From Candidatus Micrarchaeota archaeon (lineage in GTDB: Archaea; Micrarchaeota; Micrarchaeia; Anstonellales; Bilamarchaeaceae): a DNA stretch of 64,000 nt. The notes beneath the pieces were generated by a model. It did no database searches and was not told the DNA's origin. It saw only the letters and a list, made by a program, of their open reading frames with translations. Shown here piece by piece: positions 1-10,336 of the stretch (position 1 is its first letter; every line of letters begins with the position of its first letter). The position numbers were made by a program, and so were the translations under genes. The stretch is from the NCBI GenBank assembly GCA_038046765.1, contig JBBSVN010000002.1:32001-96000 (forward strand). The letters run 5' to 3'.

Positions 1-2
1 CT

Positions 3-506
3 ATCTATGCTTATTGTTCTTTTAACGTAAACCCAGTATGTCTTGATTTTATTAAATCTCCTCAAAACTTTTATGAAATGCATGGAGACCTAAGATTTAA
101 TTATAAAATCTGTGAAGTAAATACTGCTTCTGGGGTGCAAAAACAACCTTGCGTTTCAAGCGCGTCTTACAAAGGAACTCAAATCAACTTTGATAATTCC
201 AGGGACATTATTGTTTTCCAGCCCGCTAAAGAAGATATCTATGCACGAAGTGGGGACATTATTCATCGGGCGCAGATAAAACTAAATGAAAATGGAAAAT
301 ACTACTATCTTACAAAAGGAGATAATAATCCTGTTTTTGATATCCAGGTTTATGATTATCTTAATGGTGCTGGTAACTTACCTGTTGAACAATCCAGGGT
401 AAAAGGAAAGACCTTGATTCGTGTTCCTTATTTGGGTTATTTCAAGTTGTTCTTATCTGGATTCTTTAATTCACCTGCCCAGTGTAAGACCCAACTAATT
501 AACTAA
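3..506 (+). CDS. Signal peptidase I (S26B/Sec11-like), 5' end outside window
   Basis: Frame open from the window start; DIIHR and YLTKGDNN motifs, then RVPYLGY. Confidence 0.8.
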   Translation: MYAYCSFNVNPVCLDFIKSPQNFYEMHGDLRFNYKICEVNTASGVQKQPCVSSASYKGTQINFDNSRDIIVFQPAKEDIYARSGDIIHRAQIKLNENGKYYYLTKGDNNPVFDIQVYDYLNGAGNLPVEQSRVKGKTLIRVPYLGYFKLFLSGFFNSPAQCKTQLIN

Positions 507-553
507 ATTCGTGACATTGTTTTTTATTTTGTTTTTATTAATACTCATTTTAG

Positions 554-1501
554 GTGATGCTTATGATTAATGCTAGTACTAGAAAACATATCGAAAATAA
601 AAAACCAGTTGAGATTCACACAGATTACAAATGTACCATAAAAAGTCCATTTGCTTTAAGACGCGAAAAAGAACTGGAAGCAAAAGCACAACTGGTTGCA
701 GAACAAAAAGCAGCTGAACATAAAAAAGCAGTCTTGGAAGAAGAAAGGAAAAAAGCTGTTTGGGAAGAATTCGCTGCGACAACAAAAAAACAAAATGATT
801 CTACCCTCTTATTTTTAGATGCAGTTAAAAGAAATCATTTGCCCGCTATGTGCAGTGCATTAGATAATGGTGCACGCATAAATGACCGAATTAACGGTGC
901 TGGTGCCACTGCTTTAATATATGCCGCATATATGGGATACATTGATATAGTTAAATTACTTCTTGAAAAAGGGGCAGACAGGACACTCAAAGCTAAACAG
1001 GATTGGGGACCTTTAATTTGTGCTGCGGATAATGGTCATCTGGAATTAGTTAAATTTTTTGTTGAAAGAGGAGTTTACAAAGTTGATGAAAAAGATGAGT
1101 GCGGACAAACTCCTCTAATGATGGCATGCAATAAAAATCATCTTGAAATTATTCGTTTTCTTGTAGATCATGGTTCAAATGTAAATGAAAAAAGTAATGT
1201 CAGTAAAACTCCACTCATGACGGCAGTTATGGGGGATGCGAGTATACCTGTCTTCGAATTACTTTTATCAAAAGGTGCCAATATCGATGCTCAAAATATT
1301 GATGGACAAACTGCGCTTATGCTAGCTATAAATCATTTTCGTGTAGCTCATGTTCGTTTTCTTTTATCAAAAGGTGCAGACTTATATAAGCTGCGAGATC
1401 GACAGAATAAAACTGCTTCGGATTTAACCCCCCAGGAATCACGGATTAAAGATTCTTTGGTAAATGACATTCGAGAACTTATGTTAGAACGTATGCGTTA
1501 G
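554..1501 (+). CDS. Ankyrin-repeat protein
   Basis: About 5 repeats such as GATALIYAA, GQTPLMMAC, KTPLMTAV, GQTALMLAI, after an N-terminal coiled segment. Confidence 0.9.
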   Translation: MMLMINASTRKHIENKKPVEIHTDYKCTIKSPFALRREKELEAKAQLVAEQKAAEHKKAVLEEERKKAVWEEFAATTKKQNDSTLLFLDAVKRNHLPAMCSALDNGARINDRINGAGATALIYAAYMGYIDIVKLLLEKGADRTLKAKQDWGPLICAADNGHLELVKFFVERGVYKVDEKDECGQTPLMMACNKNHLEIIRFLVDHGSNVNEKSNVSKTPLMTAVMGDASIPVFELLLSKGANIDAQNIDGQTALMLAINHFRVAHVRFLLSKGADLYKLRDRQNKTASDLTPQESRIKDSLVNDIRELMLERMR

Positions 1502-1542
1502 CTTAGTTATGAGATGCGGCGTCTTTGCGGAACAGATTAAAT

Positions 1543-2268
1543 CTATCCGTAATGTTTTCCGCCTAATTCCTGGGTTATGACTTCGCTTAAACTTTTCTTA
1601 AGTTCGTCCTTCTCATTCTTTGGAAGTTTCATCGACTCAAGTTTTTCATCCCATTTAATTATCGATGCACCGATTCTTTGAGCTAGCATTTCGCTATCAG
1701 AATATCTAGCATATCTTAACAAGCATTTTAATGCATAAGGGGCAGCAGAGTCTCCCAATGCTTCAATTACTGCGTTACGTAGAATATGCATACTTTCGAT
1801 TTCTATTCCAGAAAATACTGAAAAATGATATGTTAGTATTTTTGCAGCGTCTGTTCCAGGCAGTTCCCCAAGTATCTTGATCAGTTCAATAATTCCTTCA
1901 AGAGATGCCGTATAATTGAACATTCCCTTATAGACGTTCGCTCTTATCTGTGCAGTCTCTAAGTTAGGGGCTTTTTGTTTGTGGTATTCAAAATTTTGCA
2001 TTACTTTTAATTCATTTACCTTTGCCACATTTTCATGTATCATGTATAATACAATTTGCTTTATTGTCTCGTTTCCTTTGGTGTAAATTTCTTTTATTTT
2101 TTCCCGTGCTTCATTCATGTTTTCTTCTTTTGTTGCTACCGGGTAAAAATTAAGTGCAAAAAATGCCTGATCAAGAATTTTTACTTTTTCTTGTATCATC
2201 TGTTCTTCTGCTTTTTGATCTAATTTTGATTTATCATCTTTCTCGCTAATTTGTGTATCTTTTTTCAT
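1543..2268 (-). CDS. Hypothetical alpha-helical (HEAT-like) protein
   Basis: Long ORF; LRNAVIEALG/LKCLLRYA HEAT-like helices; ATG at 2268 preferred. Confidence 0.55.
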   Translation of the reverse strand: MKKDTQISEKDDKSKLDQKAEEQMIQEKVKILDQAFFALNFYPVATKEENMNEAREKIKEIYTKGNETIKQIVLYMIHENVAKVNELKVMQNFEYHKQKAPNLETAQIRANVYKGMFNYTASLEGIIELIKILGELPGTDAAKILTYHFSVFSGIEIESMHILRNAVIEALGDSAAPYALKCLLRYARYSDSEMLAQRIGASIIKWDEKLESMKLPKNEKDELKKSLSEVITQELGGKHYG

Positions 2269-2331
2269 AGGTATCAACTTACATGACTACTAATCCGTTT
2301 GTTTTTATATTCTTTGCCATTATATTTTTTA

Positions 2332-2910
2332 ATGCAAGAAATTTATTTCGCTACAAGCAATTTACATAAATTTGAAGAAGCCACTAATATCCTTAAACAA
2401 TTCTGTCCCAATATAAACTTTATTCAGTTTCCTTTTAATCACATCGAAATTCGTTCTGATAATTTAGATGACGTTGCAAAAGAAGCAGCACAGTCAGCTT
2501 ATTGCGAAATAAAAAAGCCGGTTTTTGTTGATGATACAGGGTTTTTTATCAAATATCTTAATGGTTTTCCGGGTACTTATTCTGCGTGGGTTCTTAAAAA
2601 ACTAAGTAACACACTCATCTTAAAATTAATGGAAAACGTAAAAAATAGACGAGCGTCTTTTAAAACAGCAATTGCTTTTGCACGTCCTAGCAAAGAAGTT
2701 GGAGTTAAAATTGAGATTTTTACTGGTCAATGCAACGGTTCAATTTCGCTTGTTTTGCGTGGAAAAGATGGTTTTGGATATGACTCAATTTTTGTTCCTG
2801 CAATGCATAATAAGACATTTGCAGAAAGCATAATATTAAAAAACAAACTTTCCCATAGATATAAAGCATTAAGAGAATTTGCGAATTATCTAAATCGTAA
2901 TTTTCAATAA
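2332..2910 (+). CDS. rdgB: Non-canonical purine NTP pyrophosphatase (RdgB/HAM1)
   Basis: FATSNLHK, VDDTG, GFPGTYS, GFGYDSIF and SHR motifs; ATG at 2332. Confidence 0.95.
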   Translation: MQEIYFATSNLHKFEEATNILKQFCPNINFIQFPFNHIEIRSDNLDDVAKEAAQSAYCEIKKPVFVDDTGFFIKYLNGFPGTYSAWVLKKLSNTLILKLMENVKNRRASFKTAIAFARPSKEVGVKIEIFTGQCNGSISLVLRGKDGFGYDSIFVPAMHNKTFAESIILKNKLSHRYKALREFANYLNRNFQ

Positions 2911-3027
2911 AACTTATTGAAGTATCTAAGCTCTTAACGTTAATATTTTGTGCTTAATTTTATGACGACTTGCCTTCGCCCCGTCATTTAATTAAGACGA
3001 AATCGTATAAAATCGAGGTGTTTATTA

Positions 3028-3483
3028 GTGGCAAGATTACATTCGGGTAAGCACGGTAAATCCGGCAGAAAAAGACCCAAGGCAGAACTTTCACAAGTAA
3101 AGCCAACAATATCTGAAAAAGAAATAAAAGAAATCATTTTAAAAATGGCAAAAGAAGGTACAATGCCGTCTAAAATTGGCGTAACCTTAAGAGATAAATA
3201 TGCTGTTGGGAGTATTCGATCTGTTTTAGGGGTAACCTTATCAAGATTCTTAAAAGAGTCAAATATTTCTTCTGATTATCCGGAAGACATGTTCACTCTT
3301 ATAAAAAGGGCCTTAAATCTTAGAAAGCATTTAAAATCTTTCAAGAAAGATGTACATAATAATGTTAAACTTTCTCATATCGAGTCTAAAATTCAAAGAC
3401 TTGCAAAATATTATATCTCAAGAAAAAGGCTTCCTAGCGACTGGAAATACGATCCAGAAAAGGTAGCACTTGTTGTCAAATAA
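3028..3483 (+). CDS. rps15: 30S ribosomal protein uS15 (S15/S13e)
   Basis: MARLHSGKHGKSG, PEDMFTLI, ESKIQRLAKYY, WKYDP; GTG start after GAGGTG. Confidence 0.97.
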   Translation: MARLHSGKHGKSGRKRPKAELSQVKPTISEKEIKEIILKMAKEGTMPSKIGVTLRDKYAVGSIRSVLGVTLSRFLKESNISSDYPEDMFTLIKRALNLRKHLKSFKKDVHNNVKLSHIESKIQRLAKYYISRKRLPSDWKYDPEKVALVVK

Positions 3484-3502
3484 ATTTTAATTAGGTGATT
3501 CT

Positions 3503-4090
3503 CTGGCAAAAAAGACAAAAATTGTTGATAAATGGAAAATGAAAAAATGGTACACTTTAGTTGCGCCACCGCTTTTTGACAACAAAGAAATTTTCGAAGT
3601 TGTAGCTGCTGATGATAAAATTTTAATAAACAGAATAATACGAGCAAATTTACTCGACCTTATATCTGTTTCATCCCAAGCTGCAATGCTTACATCTCTT
3701 AACTTTAGAATACATGAAGTAAAAGGGGCACAGGCATTCCTTAAGCTTATTGGGCATGAAGTATCTCCAACATATATAAAAACTTTCGCAAGAAGGGGCA
3801 AATCATTGATTCATGTAGTATGTGATATACATACAAAAGATGGCGAGCAGGTAAGGATTAAAAGTGTAGGTGTTACTTCTGGTAAAATAAGTAATACTAC
3901 TGCAACAAACCTAAGATTATCTCTCAAGGAAGAAGTAATCAAGAACTGCGATGGCCTTACTTATGATGAATTAATGCAAGAAATACTATATGGAAAACTT
4001 GTTTCAAAAATCTTTAATAAGCTTAAGCAGATTGCATCGATGCGAAGAGTTGAAATAAGAAAGACCGAACGAAAGGAAACTTTCAAGTAA
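3503..4090 (+). CDS. rps3ae: 30S ribosomal protein eS1 (S3Ae), probable CTG start
   Basis: DKWKMKKWYTLVAPPLF and RRVEIRK; GGTGA SD precedes an in-frame CTG at 3503. Confidence 0.92.
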   Translation: MAKKTKIVDKWKMKKWYTLVAPPLFDNKEIFEVVAADDKILINRIIRANLLDLISVSSQAAMLTSLNFRIHEVKGAQAFLKLIGHEVSPTYIKTFARRGKSLIHVVCDIHTKDGEQVRIKSVGVTSGKISNTTATNLRLSLKEEVIKNCDGLTYDELMQEILYGKLVSKIFNKLKQIASMRRVEIRKTERKETFK

Positions 4091-4164
4091 CTATCTATTT
4101 TTTAATTTTCTTTTTATTTTTATATCCTTTTTCTAATATAAAATAATATTATTGGCTGATAATT

Positions 4165-4479
4165 ATGATGGATCCAAGGCAAATGGGAAAAATGATGAAA
4201 CAAATGGGTATTAATACAAATACCATCGCTGCAAGGCGGGTAATAATCGAAACTGATGATAAAAATATAATTATCTCTAATCCTGAAGTCACTGAAATTG
4301 CAATGCAGGGACAAAAATCCTATCAGATTGCAGGCACCATCTCTTATGAAGAAACAATAAAAGAAGAAGATGTGACCTTAGTTATTGAACAAACTTCATG
4401 TACCAAAGAGCAGGCAATTGAAGCATTAAAAAAATCCAATGGGGATATTGCAGAAGCGATAATTATACTTAAAGGCTAA
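4165..4479 (+). CDS. nac: Nascent polypeptide-associated complex protein
   Basis: DPRQMGKMMKQMGI; C-terminal UBA-like EALKKSNGDIAEAI. Confidence 0.95.
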   Translation: MMDPRQMGKMMKQMGINTNTIAARRVIIETDDKNIIISNPEVTEIAMQGQKSYQIAGTISYEETIKEEDVTLVIEQTSCTKEQAIEALKKSNGDIAEAIIILKG

Positions 4480-4559
4480 GTCCGGTTCCTGTTTCTTTTG
4501 ATTAGTCATTAAAAAACATTCGTTATACTGTATTACTATTATTTAATTTGGTTGTGTAT

Positions 4560-5117
4560 ATGGCAGTTAAACGTGAACTTACTTATATCGTTGCTCTAAT
4601 TGTTATTATTGCTATTCTTATAAGCGTAGTTAACTTTTTCAAAAAAGATGTTGAAGAAGCAGATGCAAAAAAGTTTATTCAGGAGGATTTAGCCAATAAA
4701 TATCCTGATGGCGATATTTCAATAATCGATGTAAAAGAAAATTTTAATTCTGCAGGTTCAAAATATTTTCAAGTAAAAGCAAAAGTTACACGAGATTACT
4801 ATTCTATCTGTCCCCAAAGAATTCATTTCTATTATAATTATCCTGAGCAAAATTTTGTACCTCAACCAGCTGAATACATAACAAATAATTGTCAGGTGTG
4901 CTTAACAGGAAACTGTGTTATTGCTTTTCCAGAGGAAGCAATAATTGCATCAAGGACATTAAACGGTAGTGCTGGTGCCTCTAGTTTCATTAATTCTACA
5001 AATGCAATACCTATGAGCGTAAACCTTTTGAATAATTCTTGGCAAGTTGTCTGGAAATCTATTCGTTCAAATGCGACTTATACTGTTTACGTAACAACAG
5101 ATGGAAAAATAAAATAA
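4560..5117 (+). CDS. Membrane-anchored exported hypothetical protein
   Basis: N-terminal TM helix; Cys cluster CQVCLTGNC; N-x-S/T sequons. Confidence 0.6.
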   Translation: MAVKRELTYIVALIVIIAILISVVNFFKKDVEEADAKKFIQEDLANKYPDGDISIIDVKENFNSAGSKYFQVKAKVTRDYYSICPQRIHFYYNYPEQNFVPQPAEYITNNCQVCLTGNCVIAFPEEAIIASRTLNGSAGASSFINSTNAIPMSVNLLNNSWQVVWKSIRSNATYTVYVTTDGKIK

Positions 5118-5152
5118 AGACTTAACTAAACTACAAAAAGACTTTTTAGGAT

Positions 5153-6127
5153 TTAGAATATTTCTATCTGGTTATCTATAACTTCTATTTTTTTATCTAA
5201 AAATTTCTTTATTATTTCTATGTTTGTTTTTGTATGCTCAGTTATCTCGCTGGTTTTATAGCTTGTACTTTCGCTGGCTAACGCCCCATAAATAAGTAAT
5301 TGATCAGCTAAATGCAAATCAACATCACTGCCAGTTTCTTTCATTAGATTCTCGTATGCTTCTTGGCCTACTTCCTCTGATTTCTTTCCTCTTTCTCCTA
5401 AAACGTAAGCGCCTCTAAAACCAGAACAAGCAGTTACTGCATTTCCGGGGCTAGGTGTCTGTTCTTGGATTATTTTAACATAACTAATTTCATTTTCCAT
5501 GAAAATCTTTTTCTCTCTTATTGCAATTACTTCTGGTAAACTACCCACTCTTATTATTACTTTTGTCTGCTCGTTGTTAAACCAGCGCGTTCTACCTGCG
5601 AGCGTGGATGGTTTTATTTTTATTTCTATTTCTCCACCTCCTTTTGGGTAATAACCTGATCTAAACAGTTTAGTTTCAATTTCTACTCCAAATTCCTTTA
5701 TTGCCTTTATAAAAATTTCTTCAAAGTAGTCATAACTGGGAGACTTCATTACATGCGTTCCGCCAATTATTTTTATTATACTTTCCTTTTTTGCGAATAA
5801 TAATATTGGAATCACACTTTGCGCTACTAAAGTTACGCTTCCAGCGGTTCCAATATTAAAATCATATTTGCCCCCTATAATTTCTCCTGGTGTAAAACTT
5901 AGTTCCTTACTACCCAGTTCCGCTCCAATAAGCGTTCCCCTACAAACATTTCGAACTGCTTTAGCTGCCATTAAATGTTGCGGTTGTAAGCCTGGATTTG
6001 GCCTTTTAGCTCTTATATTAATTATCTTGAAAGGTTTTCCGGTTATTGAAGAAAGCGTTAAAGCTGTTCTTATAACTTGCCCGCCACCTTCACCCTCACT
6101 ACCATCGATTTCTATTATGTCTTGCAT
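5153..6127 (-). CDS. rtcA: RNA 3'-terminal phosphate cyclase
   Basis: IDGSEGEGGGQVIR, RPNPGLQPQH, GYYPKGGG, DLHLADQL, TEHTKTN. Confidence 0.97.
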   Translation of the reverse strand: MQDIIEIDGSEGEGGGQVIRTALTLSSITGKPFKIINIRAKRPNPGLQPQHLMAAKAVRNVCRGTLIGAELGSKELSFTPGEIIGGKYDFNIGTAGSVTLVAQSVIPILLFAKKESIIKIIGGTHVMKSPSYDYFEEIFIKAIKEFGVEIETKLFRSGYYPKGGGEIEIKIKPSTLAGRTRWFNNEQTKVIIRVGSLPEVIAIREKKIFMENEISYVKIIQEQTPSPGNAVTACSGFRGAYVLGERGKKSEEVGQEAYENLMKETGSDVDLHLADQLLIYGALASESTSYKTSEITEHTKTNIEIIKKFLDKKIEVIDNQIEIF

Positions 6128-6129
6128 GT

Positions 6130-6600
6130 TTATACCTTTGAAATGTCCTCTATTTTTGCATGATTTACCCTAATAATCTCTTTGGGGGATATTTTTGTTA
6201 ATGCGTTAGTTGATCCGCCACCACTATAAACGATTTCCTTTTCAAGTACCTCTTTATCGATAAAAAATGTTGTCCAATATCCAAAAGACGGAGTTCCGCC
6301 AGCTGGGTATCCGGTTTTTTCTAAAACTTCATCTGATCGCGCCAAGCGTAATTTTCTTGTTCTTAGTATATCTGCTAGTTTCCTTAAATCAAGTTTTTTA
6401 TTTCCGCCTATTATGCAAACAATTAATTTGCCAGATTCCTCGTTAATTACACAGACATTTTTAACAAAATCTTCAACCTTCGCATTAGCTGTTACTGCTG
6501 CTTCTTGCACGCTGTGGCAAGACGTTTGGAAAACTAGGTGTTCTGCCTGAACGTTATTTACTTTTATGTAGTCGATTAGTTTCTGGTTGTATTCGTTCAT
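6130..6600 (-). CDS. YbaK/EbsC aminoacyl-tRNA deacylase family protein
   Basis: VKN, TGYPAGGTPSFG, YSGGGS; ATG at 6600 about 25 bp below a TTTATA box, so the longer track ORF start is doubtful. Confidence 0.88.
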   Translation of the reverse strand: MNEYNQKLIDYIKVNNVQAEHLVFQTSCHSVQEAAVTANAKVEDFVKNVCVINEESGKLIVCIIGGNKKLDLRKLADILRTRKLRLARSDEVLEKTGYPAGGTPSFGYWTTFFIDKEVLEKEIVYSGGGSTNALTKISPKEIIRVNHAKIEDISKV

Positions 6601-6825
6601 TATTAATATTAGTAAACTAGGGTATAAATAACGTTCACAAACAGAAATTTTTAACTTCGTAAATAGAACTAGGCCGATGGCACGATGTCCATCGGCAAGG
6701 CGACCAGTTATCCTCCCATGCACTCAAAATGAGCGTAAAATTCAATAATTAAATTCTTTATTAAATTATTTGCGTCTCCCAACACAAATATTTCTATTAG
6801 TATAACAACATCAACTATTTAAAGG

Positions 6826-7365
6826 TTATTGTTTAGTTTTGTTAATTGTCTTACCAAGTGGATTTGGTTCAAGTTTTATTTCTCCTTTAAAATTCTTATC
6901 AAATTCTCTGGTAAGTTCATTGCCTTCTACAATCCTGTCTAGTGTTATTGCTAAAGCAGCAACTTCGCTATGTGGCTGGCTGGTTATCGAAATATTAAAA
7001 TCAGCTAATTCGTAAACTTCACGTTCAACTTTTTCTGCCCCGACTATGACAAGTAGTTTATCTGCATTTTTTATCGCGTTCGTTTTTTCTGGTAAGGGCA
7101 TTCCGTACATCGTTAAGTGAACAATCGCAAACCCATCTTCTTTGTAACGCTTAATCAATTTAAGATATGTCTTCTCGTAAGTAATCGTAAAATTTCCGCC
7201 CCAAGCCTTAACGATCCCAGAAACACTCGTTTCTAAACTCTCATCATGCTGTCCAGAATAGAATATTTCGCTCGCTCCAAATGCTCGGGCGACTAAACAA
7301 ACATGCGTAGTAATTCGCTCATCACGGGGAAGACGGTGGCCTAAACGTAGAATTGAGATTTGCAT
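6826..7365 (-). CDS. trm56: tRNA (cytidine56-2'-O)-methyltransferase aTrm56
   Basis: LRLGHR..RDERITTHV, VHLTMYG, VGAEKV, QPHSEVAALA. Confidence 0.97.
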   Translation of the reverse strand: MQISILRLGHRLPRDERITTHVCLVARAFGASEIFYSGQHDESLETSVSGIVKAWGGNFTITYEKTYLKLIKRYKEDGFAIVHLTMYGMPLPEKTNAIKNADKLLVIVGAEKVEREVYELADFNISITSQPHSEVAALAITLDRIVEGNELTREFDKNFKGEIKLEPNPLGKTINKTKQ

Positions 7366-7388
7366 AAATAAACTTAGAGAACTAGTAA

Positions 7389-8144
7389 TTATAATCCTTC
7401 ATCAGGAGTCCATTCATATTCAACTCCTGCTTTCCTATAATCTGCATAAGATGGCTTTGCTGGATCTTTCAAATAAATTGCATTTACAAAATGATATTCT
7501 GGTATTCTTCGACCTATATCTAATATGTGTCCTAAGATTGTAGCATATCCCCAAGCTCCTCGTCTTTCTTCTTTTAATAGTTCGTCAACAGTTCGAACAA
7601 GTGTATGTCCTTCGTTTGAAACTTCCTCGCCCTTTGCAAGCGCTTCGCTAACTGCATCAAAAAGGTTTGAATCAATTCGGGAAGTAAAAATACTTGATAG
7701 ATAAGTAAGTGAACCTGTTCGGCCGATCGAAGCGCCTTCAACCGTAACTAGAAAATCAGAATATGCCATCGTACTTTCCAATATTGCATCTCTTAAACTA
7801 AAAATTAAATCTGTTGGAGCATAAACTCTGTCTTTTAGGTAACTTTGGGTATCTGCTTTAACCGTTGTAGCTCCAATGGTAGCACTTATTGACCCACCAA
7901 CCCCCTCCACAATAGGTGTTGCGCTCATTTCCTCATTAATCTCTCTTTTTAAAGTATCAAAAGGCGAAAAATCCGACGTTCGTTTACCATCTGCTTTTTT
8001 ACCTCCTGCATTTCCTCCTTTAAATGCGAAGTTTTTGGCAAAAACTCTAATCGCATACTCGTCATTATATCTAAAGATCATAAATCTTTCTTGTCCTGAT
8101 TTAGGTAAAATTAAAGTTGCTGCTGATTGGTGTCTAACTTTCAT
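7389..8144 (-). CDS. Divergent NUDIX-like hypothetical protein
   Basis: GG...SPFDTLKREINEE resembles a Nudix box with an insertion. Confidence 0.45.
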   Translation of the reverse strand: MKVRHQSAATLILPKSGQERFMIFRYNDEYAIRVFAKNFAFKGGNAGGKKADGKRTSDFSPFDTLKREINEEMSATPIVEGVGGSISATIGATTVKADTQSYLKDRVYAPTDLIFSLRDAILESTMAYSDFLVTVEGASIGRTGSLTYLSSIFTSRIDSNLFDAVSEALAKGEEVSNEGHTLVRTVDELLKEERRGAWGYATILGHILDIGRRIPEYHFVNAIYLKDPAKPSYADYRKAGVEYEWTPDEGL

Positions 8145-8249
8145 ACATTCATAATGTCAAAAACAGTTTATAAATATGGTGGTTTAAAGTAATTGATAGC
8201 GTACTTATAACCCCAAGCCTTTTAAATCAAACATTCCCGTTCTATATAT

Positions 8250-9104
8250 ATGTTATTAGACGGTATCCTTTTTTCAAGTACAAAGCTTAATGGCGAAGAA
8301 ATCAGAATCTTTATTTCATTCTTAGGTCTACTTGCAACAACTTACTATGATTTATTTAACAATAAAAATGTTCCAAACAAACTGCTTTATGCTTTTTTAG
8401 GCTTAGCAATTTTAACAAACATTCTTTTCTTTAATCAAGAATTGGTTGTTTTTGCATTAGTTCAAACCTTATTTTTTGGTGGTTTCTTTTATTTAATGTA
8501 CCGCCAAGGCCAGATGGGAGGAGCAGACGTTTTTGCATTAGTTTCTTTAATCCTGTTGCTTCCAATCCACCCTTCAATTACAAACATGACTTTAAATTAT
8601 CCTCTAGTAGTTTCACTCCTTGTATTTTCAGGGGTTCTTTTTGCGTTATATGCAATTATTTTTCTATTTTCTAAAGTTATAAAACTAAAAGGAACAAAAC
8701 CCAATCTGTTCGCGATCTTATATCTGATTCCTTACACTGCATTTGCTTATTTCTACCTAAATTCATTTCTTTTCTCACAATTATATTTCATCATAATTAG
8801 CGTGCTAGTTTTAGCTAGTACATTCTTTTTAATGTATAAAAAAGATATTACTAAAGCGCTAAGCGAAAAAATTAAATTATCAAAAGTTGAAGAAGAGGAC
8901 GTTGTTGTGTTAGAACCATACACCAAAGAAGAACTAGAAAAGTATAAATTACCTAGAGTTATTAGTTATACTGAATTAGATCGACTTAAAAAGTTGGGAC
9001 TAAATGAACTTTATATCTATACTAAGCTCCCACCTTTTCTACCATTTCTCTTGGTTGGTCTTCTATTGTCCATGCTATTTGCAAATAATTTGATTATGAT
9101 ATAA
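8250..9104 (+). CDS. A24 prepilin/preflagellin peptidase (FlaK/PibD-like)
   Basis: Polytopic; YYDL and MGGADV aspartates; C-terminal PPFLPFL. Confidence 0.88.
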   Translation: MLLDGILFSSTKLNGEEIRIFISFLGLLATTYYDLFNNKNVPNKLLYAFLGLAILTNILFFNQELVVFALVQTLFFGGFFYLMYRQGQMGGADVFALVSLILLLPIHPSITNMTLNYPLVVSLLVFSGVLFALYAIIFLFSKVIKLKGTKPNLFAILYLIPYTAFAYFYLNSFLFSQLYFIIISVLVLASTFFLMYKKDITKALSEKIKLSKVEEEDVVVLEPYTKEELEKYKLPRVISYTELDRLKKLGLNELYIYTKLPPFLPFLLVGLLLSMLFANNLIMI

Positions 9105-9132
9105 ATTAATATGAGTACAATTGTGGATCATT

Positions 9133-10329
9133 ATGGTTAGTTTTTCAAATGCAATTGAATACCTCCTTACATTCTTTTTCTTGTATGCTACAGTGTTTTT
9201 TATGCTAATTGCAATAAAACATAGAAATGAACTAGAAAAAAAACCTGCCTTAGGTAAAAATCGGCCATATATCTCAATAATTATTCCGGCATACAATGAA
9301 GAAAAATCTATAAAAGATTGTATTATCACACTTCTAAAATCAAATTATCCAAAGGATAAATTAGAAGTAATTGTAGTTGATGATGGCTCAACTGATAAAA
9401 CTTATCAAAAGGCAAAAGAGATCAATGACTCTCGGTTAAAAGTTCTAACTAAACCAAATAGTGGAAAAGCTGCAAGTATTAATTTTGGAATTGACAAGTC
9501 ACGCGGGGAAATAATTGCTACTCTTGATGCTGATTCTTACGTTACTCCTGATGCCATAATAAACATGATTCCTTATTTTGATGAAGATAATGTTGCAGCC
9601 GTAACTGCAGCAGTTAAAGTAAAACAAAAAGATCAAACTAATCTTCTAAGGGATATGCAACGACTTGAATATTTGTTTATCATATTCACAAGAAAAATAT
9701 TAAATTTTGTAGATGCGGTTCCTGTTACTCCTGGTCCATTAAGTATGTTCAAAAGGGAGATTTTTGATAAAATTGGCAAATTTGATGAGAAAAATATAAT
9801 GGAAGATCAGGAAATTGCACTAAGAATACAAAGTCATAACTATAAAATAAAAAGTTCAATGGATGCCGAAGTTTATACTGATGTCCCAGAAAATTTTTCA
9901 GAACTATTAAAACAAAGAGTAAGGTGGCACAGGGGAGGTCTTAGGAATAACATCAAATACATGTATATGATTTCGCCCTTATATGGGGACTTTGGTCTTA
10001 TGATGATGCCTATGACCTTTATTGCAATAATTGCATTAGTCGGAGTCTTCCTTATTTCTTTCTTATATTATACTTCCAGTTCATTCTATTATTTCCAAAA
10101 ACTCGGTGTAGATGGATTTCTATTATCTTTATCTCCATTACACTTTATTGCAGGAGTACTTTTTATAATTAATCTCTCCTGGATTATTTGGGGGCTTATG
10201 ATATTCAAAAAAGAGAAAATAAGCATTGCTCAGGTTTTTATATATATGATTGCTTACTTTTATCTTGTTACGATCTACTGGGCAGTTGCCTTGTATAAAG
10301 AATTAAGGGCTCAAAAGCTCACATGGTGA
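9133..10329 (+). CDS. GT2 processive glycosyltransferase (cellulose/PNAG synthase-like)
   Basis: IIPAYNEE, DDGSTD, DADS, EDQE and QRVRW motifs; C-terminal TM helices. Confidence 0.92.
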   Translation: MVSFSNAIEYLLTFFFLYATVFFMLIAIKHRNELEKKPALGKNRPYISIIIPAYNEEKSIKDCIITLLKSNYPKDKLEVIVVDDGSTDKTYQKAKEINDSRLKVLTKPNSGKAASINFGIDKSRGEIIATLDADSYVTPDAIINMIPYFDEDNVAAVTAAVKVKQKDQTNLLRDMQRLEYLFIIFTRKILNFVDAVPVTPGPLSMFKREIFDKIGKFDEKNIMEDQEIALRIQSHNYKIKSSMDAEVYTDVPENFSELLKQRVRWHRGGLRNNIKYMYMISPLYGDFGLMMMPMTFIAIIALVGVFLISFLYYTSSSFYYFQKLGVDGFLLSLSPLHFIAGVLFIINLSWIIWGLMIFKKEKISIAQVFIYMIAYFYLVTIYWAVALYKELRAQKLTW

Positions 10330-10336
10330 AATAAAA

